A stretch of DNA of 64,000 bases from an uncultured Eubacteriales bacterium (lineage in GTDB: Bacteria; Bacillota; Clostridia; Christensenellales; CAG-138): assembly GCA_900542615.1 (NCBI GenBank), contig UQOG01000001.1, positions 22,668-86,667 of the forward strand. The letters are read 5' to 3'. Positions 18,778 to 28,049 of the stretch are shown in pieces (positions within the stretch are counted from its first letter, which is position 1; each line of letters begins with the position of its first letter). Position numbers and translations under genes: made by a program. The notes under the pieces were generated by a model. That model did not search any database, was not told where the DNA came from, and worked only from the letters and a program-made list of their open reading frames with translations.

Positions 18778-19670
18778 TAAAAGCAAACATTTTTGATATC
18801 AAGCGATTTGGCATCCAGGATGGGGCGGGGATCCGGACGGTGGTCTTTCTAAAAGGATGCCCCCTGCGGTGTAAGTGGTGTCAAAATCCAGAGGGGCTCT
18901 CCAAGGACATTCGGATATGGGCCCGGGGCAATCGATGCATCGGATGCGACAGCTGCATACAAAGCTGCCCCAACCAGGCCATTCACAGGGATCGAAAAGG
19001 CTTGGCCATAGACCCGGCCCAATGCGATCTATGCGGAACGTGCGAGGCAATATGCCCCACCATGACCTTGCAGCGGGACGGACGCCCCATGGATGTGCAG
19101 GAAACCATGGAGCGGATCCTGGATGACCGCATGTTCTATGGGGCGGAAGGGGGGGTCACCCTTTCCGGCGGGGAATGCACCGCGTCGCCGGAATTTTCCC
19201 TGGCGCTGCTGGAAGCCTGCCGGCAAGCGGGGCTCCATACCGCCATCGAAACCTGTATGCACGCGCCGCCCTCCGTTATGGACGCCTTTTGCCAAGCGGC
19301 CGACGCCATCATCGGCGACATCAAGCTCCTGGACCCCCGCCGCCATAAAGGGGCGACGGGGGTAGATAACAGCCTGATTCTGCAAAATTTTGAACGGCTG
19401 GCCAGCCGGGCCCCCTCGCTGTTGATCCGGATCCCTTTGATCCCTGGGTATACGGCGGACGCGGAAAATGTGGCGGCCATCGCCGCGTATGTGGCCAAGG
19501 TGAACCGGTCGGTCCCCCTGGAGCTGATCAACTTCAACCCCTTGTGTATCAGCAAATATGAGACCCTGCGTCAGGACTATATCCCCACGGACGGCAAGCC
19601 CTTGCCGCCGGCGGAGATGGCCCGGTTCGCTGAAATTGTAAAAGCCCAAGGGCTATATGTAAAATATTGA
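18774..19670 (+). CDS. glycyl-radical enzyme activating protein (radical SAM)
   Basis: CPLRCKWCQNPE radical-SAM cluster motif plus two ferredoxin-like Cys clusters (CIGCDSCIQSCP, CDLCGTCEAICP); 4-nt overlap with GRE stop. Confidence 0.9.
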   Translation: MIKANIFDIKRFGIQDGAGIRTVVFLKGCPLRCKWCQNPEGLSKDIRIWARGNRCIGCDSCIQSCPNQAIHRDRKGLAIDPAQCDLCGTCEAICPTMTLQRDGRPMDVQETMERILDDRMFYGAEGGVTLSGGECTASPEFSLALLEACRQAGLHTAIETCMHAPPSVMDAFCQAADAIIGDIKLLDPRRHKGATGVDNSLILQNFERLASRAPSLLIRIPLIPGYTADAENVAAIAAYVAKVNRSVPLELINFNPLCISKYETLRQDYIPTDGKPLPPAEMARFAEIVKAQGLYVKY

Positions 19671-19682
19671 GCGGAGGAACCT

Positions 19683-21455
19683 ATGAACGATACCAGCGCG
19701 TTTTTGAATACGGCCACCCGGGGCAACAGCGTCTTTATGCATACGGTCCGTGCGGCTTATGATACGATCGGCGCCCCGTGCTACCTTTCCCTAGATATGG
19801 CCAACGGCCATACCCGGACGTTTCGGGTGTGCTTGCCCCAGCCGGGCTCCCGGGAGGAGGCGCAATTCATCCGGGACTATTTTTATGCCCGGATATATAA
19901 CATCCTCTCCATCCTGGGAGGCGTGCGCATGGGGATCTATCCTGGGGAAAGCGGGTTCGCCCGGGAATTGGCCGCCGCGCTGCCGGCGGCCTTTGGGATC
20001 GGGCAGGCGAGAGAAGCGCGCACAGGCTACGCCAAGTGCGTCAATGTGGCCGACCGGATGAACCGGGCTTTGGGAGCGCCGGCCTTCTCCTTTCAGATCG
20101 TGGAGGGGAAAGCGCCGGCCCTTAGCCCTGAACAGGACCGCGGGTCGGGGGACATTTTGCGGGACCTGCGGGCGGCGGCGGAAAAAGCCATGGACGGCCT
20201 GTTTTGCGGCATCGATATCGGCGGTACGGATATCAAGCTGGTGGGGGTGCGCAATGGAAGGATTCACCACATCAAGGAATACGATTGGAACCCTGCGGGG
20301 TTTGCCAGCATCGACCCCATCCTGCAAACCGTATGCCTTTTCGTCCGAGCCTCCCGGGCGCTGCTGTCCATGCCGGCGCATCCCAGCGAGGCGCAGCGCC
20401 TGCTTGCGGCACGGATCTTGGATAAGGAAACACCCATCCAGGCGCTGGAGGCGGCCCTTACCGCGCTGGAAGCCGGCCTTGCAGAGCTGACGCCGCTGCA
20501 AGGCATTGGGGTCAGCTTCCCGGATGTGGTGGTGCGCAATAGGATCGTGGGGGGCGAGACCCACAAAACCAAGGGCGTCCGGGAGCACGCGGCGGACTAT
20601 GAGCGGGAATTTGCCCGGCTTACCCGCCTGGATCTGGAGCTGGGCAAGCTATGCGCCCCAAACGGCAGGGTGCATATCACCAACGACGGCCATATTTCCG
20701 CCTATACCGCTGCGGTGGAGTTGGCCCATTCCCCCCAGTGGGAAATGGTGCGGGATGGGATGTTTGCCCACTCCCTGGGGACGGAGCTGGGAACCGGGTG
20801 GATCGATGCATCCGGCAAGGTTCCGGAATTCCCCCTGGAGGTATACAATTGCATCATAGACCTGGGGAATTTCCCGGCCAAGGCCTTGCCCGCCCAGGAT
20901 GTGCGCAGCATCAACAATTTTAACACCGGGCTTTCCGGCACCTTGCAGCGCTATGCAGGCCAAAGCGGCGCCTTTCGCCTGGCGGAAGCCTACTACCGCG
21001 CCCACGCGCCCCAAGCGTATCAGCGGCTATTGGAACTGGGGCTGATGCGGTGGGAAACCCCGGAACGGCTGGCGGCAGTGGTGGAGCCCAAGGATATGCG
21101 CAAAGCCTTTTTGGAGCATTTGATGGGCCAAGCGGAAGCCGGTATGCCCCAGGCGGAGGAGATCTTCCGCACGATTGGGGAATATTTGGCGGCGACCTGG
21201 CTGGAAACGGAAACGGTTTTGGCGCCGGCGGCTAAATCCCGGGTGCTGTTTGGCCGGTTTGTAAAAAGGAACCGTTGCTTTGAGCTGATGCGAGAGGGCG
21301 CAAAGCGGGTCTGCCCCCAGCTACAGCTGATCGCGGCGGATGACGAGCTGGCCTTTACCCCCCTTATGCAACAGCTGCGGGCCCATCCAAGCTACAGCGT
21401 GGCCCAGTTCGGCCAGGCAGTGGGCGCGGTGTATTTTGCGGCGGCAATTTTGTAA
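19683..21455 (+). CDS. ROK/ASKHA-fold protein with an unassigned ~170-aa N-terminal extension
   Basis: 590 aa; GIDIGGTDIK, ITNDGHISA and GTGWID motifs of the sugar-kinase/ROK fold in the C-terminal two thirds. Confidence 0.65.
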   Translation: MNDTSAFLNTATRGNSVFMHTVRAAYDTIGAPCYLSLDMANGHTRTFRVCLPQPGSREEAQFIRDYFYARIYNILSILGGVRMGIYPGESGFARELAAALPAAFGIGQAREARTGYAKCVNVADRMNRALGAPAFSFQIVEGKAPALSPEQDRGSGDILRDLRAAAEKAMDGLFCGIDIGGTDIKLVGVRNGRIHHIKEYDWNPAGFASIDPILQTVCLFVRASRALLSMPAHPSEAQRLLAARILDKETPIQALEAALTALEAGLAELTPLQGIGVSFPDVVVRNRIVGGETHKTKGVREHAADYEREFARLTRLDLELGKLCAPNGRVHITNDGHISAYTAAVELAHSPQWEMVRDGMFAHSLGTELGTGWIDASGKVPEFPLEVYNCIIDLGNFPAKALPAQDVRSINNFNTGLSGTLQRYAGQSGAFRLAEAYYRAHAPQAYQRLLELGLMRWETPERLAAVVEPKDMRKAFLEHLMGQAEAGMPQAEEIFRTIGEYLAATWLETETVLAPAAKSRVLFGRFVKRNRCFELMREGAKRVCPQLQLIAADDELAFTPLMQQLRAHPSYSVAQFGQAVGAVYFAAAIL

Positions 21456-21486
21456 GGGCTGGCACCAAAAAAGGCAAGGGTATTTC

Positions 21487-21511
21487 AAAGGCGGCTTGGG
21501 CCGCCTTTTTT
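21487..21511 (+). terminator. rho-independent terminator
   Basis: aaaggcggc-ttgg-gccgccttt followed by ttt. Confidence 0.75.
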
Positions 21512-21946
21512 AATTGGGCGGAGGAAAACGCCGGCAGGGCCTTTGGAAGACGGCCCTCGCCCACGGCCTTGGAAACCGTTGCCGTTCTCCCCAAAGGCGC
21601 GCGCCTCCTCAAAAAAATCGCGCGCATAAGGCTTGCCCGCGCCTATTCCCGGCAGGGGAAACTGGGGCTGATGAGAGCGGACGGAGAATTGGCAGGTCTG
21701 GGGATGGTAATATAGGTTCATCTTCACCTGCCCCATGCATACGTTGGAGGCCGGCCCGGGGCGGGGGCAAGCCCGGGACCCTCCGTTACATCCCCATGCC
21801 GCCCCTTTTTCGCCTGGAATATCCACCGATTGGGTTACCGTGCCGCTGGGAAGGGACTGGCAATGTATCCGCAGACGGCTGACCGGGACGCGGCTTTACA
21901 AACGGTAAAAAATGCCGTATGCTGGAAAAAAAGGGGGGGCTGCGCC

Positions 21947-23461
21947 ATGGAGAACCGGAAAACCGAAAAACGCCTGCGGATCCATGCCGGCGGCGTGTTT
22001 TTGCTGGTGCTGGCGGCAGCCCTGCTGCTGACCTGGTATATCGAGCGTACCGCCCTGGAGCAGGAGCGGGACCGGATGACCCATATCGCCCAGTCCGTGG
22101 GCTCCGAGACCTACGAGACCCTTTTGTCCGAGATGGGAAAGACCCGGGTGCTGGAAGCCTATTTGATCCAGACCGGCGGCTCCTACGCGGGCTTTGAGAG
22201 GGTGGCGCCCATCCTGCTGGAGGAGGCTTTCGTGCGCAACGTGCTGTTTGCCCCCGGAGGCGTGGTGGAGGCGGTATATCCCCTGGCGGGGAATGAAAAC
22301 GCCGTGGGCCTCAACATGAACGAGGAGGGGGCGGGCAACCTGGAGGCCCGGGCCGCCATGGAAAAGGGCGAACTGTATATGGCCGGCCCATTTCCTTTAA
22401 TCCAGGGAGGCATGGGCATCGCTGGCCGCCTGCCGGTATACCTGACGGATGCGGTGGGCCGGCGCAGCTTTTGGGGCATCGTTTCCGTGACGCTGGATTT
22501 TCCGGCGGTGCTTTCCGGCAGCCCGGTGGAGCGGGCTGCCAGCCAGGGCTTTGCCTGCGAGGTGTGGCGGATCAACCCGGATACCGGCCGACGCCAGACC
22601 ATCCTCATGTCGGAGACCGCACCCCGGTCCGGCTGGGAAACGGTCTCCTTCCAGCAGGAGATGTTCAACGCCGATTGGACCATTACCCTATCGCCCCTTC
22701 TGCCCTGGTATGCCCGGCCCAGCCTGTGGATCTATCTGACCATTGGGCTGCTGCTAAGCGGGCTGGCGGCGGCGGGCACCTATAACCTGGAACGGGTGCG
22801 GCTCATGCGGGCGGAGGCAGCCCGGCGGGCCATCCAACAGCTGCAGACCCAGCTGGAGCACGAGCAGACCGATATGCTCCTGAGCCAGATCCGCTCCCAT
22901 TTCTTTTACCATACCCTCAATTCCCTCCAGGCCCTCATCGTCCTGCGGCCGGAGGAGGCCTATAAGATGGCCGGGGATTTTTCCCGCTACCTGCGCTTTA
23001 GCCTGGACGCCTCCACGGCGGCCGGCGGCATGGGCTCCTTTAAGGAGGAGCTTAGGGCGGTGCGGGCCTATGCGGACATCAACCAGGCCCAGCTGGGGGA
23101 CCGGCTCACCATGGTCTACCATGTGCCGGATGTGGATTTCCCCCTGCCGGTGCTAACCATCCAACCGGTGGTGGAAAACGCCATCCTCCACGGCATCAAG
23201 CCAAAGGTGGGGGGCGGCACGGTGACCCTGTCCCTGGAGGAGACGGACACCCATTGGCAGGTCACGGTGCAAGACGATGGGGCGGGGTTCGATCCCGCAG
23301 CCGCTGCCGCGGCCGGCGCCATCGGCCTGGGCAACGTGCGCCGGCGGCTGCGCCGCTTCCCGGGCTGCGGCATCGCCATCTTCAGCGCCCCGGGACAGGG
23401 CGCCCGGGTGGTGCTCACCTATCGCAAGGAAGCCCCCCGGACAGAGGGGGCGGAGACATAG
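21947..23461 (+). CDS. sensor histidine kinase, LytS/YehU-type (His_kinase + HATPase_c) with extracytoplasmic sensor domain
   Basis: Start moved to ATG 21947 (MENRKTEKRL..., TM helix follows). Second TM around LWIYLTIGLLL. H-box region SQIRSHFFYHTLNSL; GLGNVRRRL in the ATPase domain. Confidence 0.85.
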   Translation: MENRKTEKRLRIHAGGVFLLVLAAALLLTWYIERTALEQERDRMTHIAQSVGSETYETLLSEMGKTRVLEAYLIQTGGSYAGFERVAPILLEEAFVRNVLFAPGGVVEAVYPLAGNENAVGLNMNEEGAGNLEARAAMEKGELYMAGPFPLIQGGMGIAGRLPVYLTDAVGRRSFWGIVSVTLDFPAVLSGSPVERAASQGFACEVWRINPDTGRRQTILMSETAPRSGWETVSFQQEMFNADWTITLSPLLPWYARPSLWIYLTIGLLLSGLAAAGTYNLERVRLMRAEAARRAIQQLQTQLEHEQTDMLLSQIRSHFFYHTLNSLQALIVLRPEEAYKMAGDFSRYLRFSLDASTAAGGMGSFKEELRAVRAYADINQAQLGDRLTMVYHVPDVDFPLPVLTIQPVVENAILHGIKPKVGGGTVTLSLEETDTHWQVTVQDDGAGFDPAAAAAAGAIGLGNVRRRLRRFPGCGIAIFSAPGQGARVVLTYRKEAPRTEGAET

Positions 23462-23603
23462 GCCCGGCTTTCCAAAATTTCCCCGGCATCCATGGATATT
23501 TGCGCCAAAAAAGGCCCATGGCGCCGGAAAAACCAGGGCGAAGCGTACGGTTTCCGTACGCTTCTGTTGCTATACTATATATATGAAAGAGAGGTAACGC
23601 GCC

Positions 23604-24431
23604 TTGAAGACCATTTTGGTGGACGACATGCTGTTGGACCTACAGCTGTTTGAGCTCAAATGCGCGGATATGCCAGATTTCGAGATCGTAGGAAAATTCA
23701 CAAATCCAGACCAGGCCATCGCCTATGCGGCAGGCCATGTGGTTGACTTCGCCCTGTTGGATATTGATATGCCAGGCATGAACGGCATGGAACTGGCCCA
23801 GCGCCTTAGACAGATCCGGCGGGATATCATCATCGTATTCGCCACAGCCCATCCCAAATTTGCTGTAGACGCCTTGCGCATGAAGGCGGATTATATGATC
23901 TTCAAGCCCTTTGACCGGGAAGACATCGCCGATGTGATGGAGCGCGCTAAGCTCCTGCGCCGGCGGCAGAACAAACGGTTTTTCTTCCGCACCTTCGGGG
24001 CCTTTGATATGCTGGTGGACGGGGAACCCGTCCGGTTCCGTTCCGCCAAGGCCAAGGAGCTGATGGCCCTGTGCCTGTACCGCCAGGGCTGCCCGGCTTC
24101 CATCCATGAAATCGTCGAATGCCTGTGGGGCGAGGAGACCGCCGGCGCAGATAGCACCGGCTACCGGCGTACCATCAAGGAGCTGACGGATACCCTGCGG
24201 GATTACGCCGCCGAGGAGCTGCTCCTGCGGGCCCGGGGCAGCTTGCAGCTGCGGCTGGAGCTGGTGGATTCGGATTATCAGCGGTTTTTAGACGGAGATC
24301 CAGACGCCATTTGCCAGTTTCAGGGCAGCTTCCTGCGCCAGTATTCCTGGGCGGAGCCCATGGTCTATACCCTGTTGGAGAAAAAGCAGCTGATGCTCGC
24401 CCGCCTATCCCGGCGGGGCGAAAGCCAATAA
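23604..24431 (+). CDS. response regulator: REC domain + winged-helix/SARP-BTAD-like output
   Basis: TTG start after SD gaaagagagg; REC motifs ILVDD..., LLDIDMPGMNG. The C-terminal half resembles OmpR/SARP-type wHTH followed by the beginning of a BTAD-like region. Confidence 0.8.
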   Translation: MKTILVDDMLLDLQLFELKCADMPDFEIVGKFTNPDQAIAYAAGHVVDFALLDIDMPGMNGMELAQRLRQIRRDIIIVFATAHPKFAVDALRMKADYMIFKPFDREDIADVMERAKLLRRRQNKRFFFRTFGAFDMLVDGEPVRFRSAKAKELMALCLYRQGCPASIHEIVECLWGEETAGADSTGYRRTIKELTDTLRDYAAEELLLRARGSLQLRLELVDSDYQRFLDGDPDAICQFQGSFLRQYSWAEPMVYTLLEKKQLMLARLSRRGESQ

Positions 24432-24445
24432 AGGAGGGTTGGAAG

Positions 24446-25954
24446 TTGGATGAATTTCTGAGAATGGAGCATGTCAGCAAACGCTTTGGCGACTTCTACG
24501 CCAACAAGGACATCGATTTCTCCGTGCGGCGGGGGGAGGTCCACACCCTGCTGGGGGAAAACGGCGCTGGCAAATCCACCCTGATGAACGTCCTGATCGG
24601 GCTGTACCAGCCTACGGAGGGCACCATTTACCTGGATGGGAAAAAGGTGCGCATCGATTCCCCGGCCCAGGCCGTGAAGCTGGGCATCGGCATGGTGCAT
24701 CAGCACTTCATGCTGGTGGAGGCCATGACGGTATTTGAAAACATCATCCTGGGGGATCGGAACACCAAGGGGGTCTTTATCGACCGGGAAGCCCGTAAAA
24801 AGGAGATCCAAGATCTATCCGCCCGGTATGGGTTGGATGTGGAACTGGATAAGCCCATTACGGAAATTTCCGTGGGCGCCCAGCAGCGCGTAGAAATTCT
24901 CAAGGCCTTATATCATGGGGCGGAGCTGTTGATCCTGGACGAACCCTCCGCCGCCTTGACGGACATAGAGGTGGAAGGCTTGTTTGCCATCATGCGCAAG
25001 CTCACCAGCGAGGGGAAGAGCATCATCTTCATCAGCCATAAGATGCGGGAGGTGTTGCGGATCTCCGACCGGATCACCATCCTGCGGGCAGGGCAAACGG
25101 TCCGAACGGTAAACCGGGAGGAGACCACCGGCGAGGAACTGGCCAACCTGATGATCGGCCGGGAGTTGACCCCCTCCCATTATGAAAAGATCACCGCCCC
25201 CGGGGAGCCGGTGGTATCCCTGGAAAAGGTGGATTACCATAAGGAATCCAAACACAACGGCCTTTCGGGGGTATCCCTGAGCGTAGGCCGGGGGGAGATC
25301 GTAGGCATTGCCGGGGTGGATGGCAATGGCCAGAGCCAGTTGGCCCAGGTGGTGACCGGGGTATTGACCCCGGATGCAGGGCGGGTGGATCTAAAAGGGT
25401 CCCGGGTGGCCCAGTTTACCCCCAATGGCTTTATTTTGGAGAGCGTCTCCCATATTCCAGAAGATCGAAATAAAATGGGCCTGATCGGCGACATGTCCGT
25501 GCAGGAGAACATCGTCCTCAAGTCGACCGATACCCCACAATTCTCTTCCGCCCGGGGCTTCCGGCTGAAAAAACGGGCCATTCGGGATTACGCAGAGCAA
25601 ATGCGAAAGAAATACGACATCCGCTGTACCTCTGTGGAGCAGGAGGCTAGGAACCTTTCCGGCGGCAACCAGCAAAAGGTGATTTTAGCCCGGGAGTTGG
25701 AGGGCCAGCCGGATCTGTTGGTGGCGGTGCATCCTACCCGGGGCCTGGATATCGGTGCGGCCCGGTTTGTCCACGATACCATGATCCAAGCCCGGGAAAA
25801 AGGCTGCGGGGTGTTGCTGATCTCCGCAGACTTTGACGAGATCCTGGAGGTTTCCGACCGGATCGTGGTGATGTTCGAAGGACAGGTGATGGGCGTATTT
25901 TCCGGCAAGGAGCCGCCGATCCAGGAAATCAGCCTGGCCATGGCCGGCAAGTAA
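24446..25954 (+). CDS. ABC transporter ATP-binding protein (duplicated ATPase, sugar/nucleoside BMP-type)
   Basis: Start TTG 24446 (7 nt after aaggaggg) or ATG 24464; Walker A GENGAGKST and GVDGNGQS, signature LSGGNQQK. Confidence 0.9.
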   Translation: MDEFLRMEHVSKRFGDFYANKDIDFSVRRGEVHTLLGENGAGKSTLMNVLIGLYQPTEGTIYLDGKKVRIDSPAQAVKLGIGMVHQHFMLVEAMTVFENIILGDRNTKGVFIDREARKKEIQDLSARYGLDVELDKPITEISVGAQQRVEILKALYHGAELLILDEPSAALTDIEVEGLFAIMRKLTSEGKSIIFISHKMREVLRISDRITILRAGQTVRTVNREETTGEELANLMIGRELTPSHYEKITAPGEPVVSLEKVDYHKESKHNGLSGVSLSVGRGEIVGIAGVDGNGQSQLAQVVTGVLTPDAGRVDLKGSRVAQFTPNGFILESVSHIPEDRNKMGLIGDMSVQENIVLKSTDTPQFSSARGFRLKKRAIRDYAEQMRKKYDIRCTSVEQEARNLSGGNQQKVILARELEGQPDLLVAVHPTRGLDIGAARFVHDTMIQAREKGCGVLLISADFDEILEVSDRIVVMFEGQVMGVFSGKEPPIQEISLAMAGK

Positions 25955-25970
25955 GGAGGGAGACGCGGAT

Positions 25971-27032
25971 ATGAAAGACAGCAATAAGCTCATCAGCGTG
26001 TTGGTACCGGTGGTCTCCGTGCTGCTGGCGTTCGCCATCGGCTGCGGGGTGATGGCGGCCCTGGGGGCCAATCCCCTGGTGGCCCTCCAGTCCCTGTGGA
26101 CCGGCGCCTTCGGCAACCTGCGCAACCTGGGCACCACCTTGGCCCGGGCCACACCCTTGATCTTTACAGGGCTTTGCGCCTGCTTCGCCTACCGGTGCGG
26201 GGTGTTCAACCTGGGGGGCGAGGGCCAGTTCATCATCGGGTCCGTGGCCTGCTGCTACGTGGCCACCCAGAGCGGCATCGAAGGCTTTCCCGCCATCGTG
26301 CTGTGCCTGCTGGCCGGGGTGCTGGCCGGCGGCCTTTGGGCCCTGATCCCCGGGGTTTTGAAGGTTTACAGGGGCCAGAACGAGATGATCATCTCCATTA
26401 TGCTCAACTATGTGGCCACCCTGTTCATGGGGGTGGTGTATACCAATTGGCTCCGGGAGGGCAGCGTGCCCCAGACCATGTCCGTGCCCGATGCAACCAA
26501 GCTGAGCCGCCTATTCGGCCTCAGGGCCACCACCGCCTTTGTGATTGCCATTGTGGTGGGGCTGCTGGTGTACTACTTCCTCTTCCACACCTCCAAGGGC
26601 TTCCAGCTCCGGGCGGTGGGCCTGAATATGACCGCGGCGGAGTTCAACGGCTTTGCGGTGAAAAAGTATATCCTCTTTAGCTTTGTGGTCTCGGGCGTGA
26701 TCGCGGGCCTGGGCGGCAGCGCGGAGCTGCTGGGCACCCAATACCGGCTGATCAACGGCTTTGCCTCCGGCTACGGCTTCGACGGCGTGGCCATGGCCCT
26801 GATCGCCCAGCTGCACCCCCTGGCAACCATTTTGGTGGCCATCTTCTTCGCGGCCTTGCGGGTGGGCTCCACCACCATGCAGGCCGCTACTGGCGTGCCC
26901 ACCAGCGTATCCGATATCATCCAGGCTCTGGTCATCGTGTTTACCGTGGCAGGCCTGGCCATGGTGAAGCTACCTCAGTTCAAGGCGGTTATCAACCGCC
27001 TCTTCGGCGGAAAGGAGGCCGTTGCGTCATGA
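25971..27032 (+). CDS. ABC transporter permease
   Basis: 353 aa, about 9 TM helices, BMP/ribose-type permease sequence pattern; follows the ATPase. Confidence 0.85.
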   Translation: MKDSNKLISVLVPVVSVLLAFAIGCGVMAALGANPLVALQSLWTGAFGNLRNLGTTLARATPLIFTGLCACFAYRCGVFNLGGEGQFIIGSVACCYVATQSGIEGFPAIVLCLLAGVLAGGLWALIPGVLKVYRGQNEMIISIMLNYVATLFMGVVYTNWLREGSVPQTMSVPDATKLSRLFGLRATTAFVIAIVVGLLVYYFLFHTSKGFQLRAVGLNMTAAEFNGFAVKKYILFSFVVSGVIAGLGGSAELLGTQYRLINGFASGYGFDGVAMALIAQLHPLATILVAIFFAALRVGSTTMQAATGVPTSVSDIIQALVIVFTVAGLAMVKLPQFKAVINRLFGGKEAVAS

Positions 27033-27961
27033 GTTGGGAATTCGTTTCGAACCTGCTGCTGGCCAGCATCCGTATGGCCACGCCCTTGATTTTCCTCTCC
27101 CTGGCGGAGCTGTATTCCCAGCGGGCGGGCTTGGTTCACATCGGCCTGGAGGGCCTGGCGGCCATCGGCTCCCTGGTGGGATTCATGGTGAGCCTGATCA
27201 CCGGCAGCCCCATGCTGGGGGTGCTGGCGGGCGCCCTGGTGGGCATTCTGGTGAATATGGTGTTCGCCTACGCCACCGTGTCCCTGTGCGCGGAGCAGAT
27301 CGTTTACGGCATGGCCATCAACATCTTCGCCCCGGCCCTGGCGGCTTTCATCTACCGGGTCTACTTCGGCGCGGGCAGCACCCTGGTCCAGGTGACCCTG
27401 ATGAACAACCTGTCCGCCACCCTGGGAATCACGGCGGATAACTTCCTTATGAAGCTCCTGCTGGACCAGACCCCCATGGTATACCTGGCCTATGCCCTGG
27501 TGATCTTCACGGCCATCTATTTCAACAAGACCAAGTCCGGCCTCAACTACAAGGCCGTAGGCGAATACCCTAAGGCGGCCGCCACCCTGGGCATCAACGT
27601 GATCGGGGTAAAATACGTGGCCTGCATCATCTGCGGCGCCCTGGCGGGCATGGGCGGGGCCTTCCTGACCACCTGCTATTCCAACACCTATGTGGACGGC
27701 AACGTGGCGGGCCGTGGCTTTATCGCCCTGGCGGCGGTGATCTTCGGCCGGTGGAGCGGCGGCGGCGTGCTGCTGGCGTGCCTGTTCTTCGGCTTCTGCG
27801 ACGCCCTGCAGATCCGGCTCCAGGTGGGCAGCTTCGGCGTACCCTACCAGTTCTTCCAGATGATCCCCTATATCGCCACGGTGGTGGTGCTGGCCCTGAT
27901 CGGCATGAAGAAGGCCGGGCCAAAGGGCGCGGGCAAGCCCTACCTCCGGGAGGAGCGTTAA
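27029..27961 (+). CDS. ABC transporter permease
   Basis: 310 aa, multi-TM; 4-nt overlap with the previous permease. Confidence 0.85.
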   Translation: MSWEFVSNLLLASIRMATPLIFLSLAELYSQRAGLVHIGLEGLAAIGSLVGFMVSLITGSPMLGVLAGALVGILVNMVFAYATVSLCAEQIVYGMAINIFAPALAAFIYRVYFGAGSTLVQVTLMNNLSATLGITADNFLMKLLLDQTPMVYLAYALVIFTAIYFNKTKSGLNYKAVGEYPKAAATLGINVIGVKYVACIICGALAGMGGAFLTTCYSNTYVDGNVAGRGFIALAAVIFGRWSGGGVLLACLFFGFCDALQIRLQVGSFGVPYQFFQMIPYIATVVVLALIGMKKAGPKGAGKPYLREER

Positions 27962-28049
27962 GGAATAACCGCCGCGTTTGCGGCTGTTAGAGATACATGC
28001 GACCCAAGGGACCCACAAACACGGACAACAAGAAATGGAGGAAAAAACG

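Noticed and set aside
21485-21826. 113-aa minus-strand ORF in the 490-bp spacer upstream of the histidine kinase gene.
   Set aside because: It has no SD, an odd composition and no recognisable motif. It overlaps the terminator of the upstream gene. It might be a gene remnant, but nothing supports a call.
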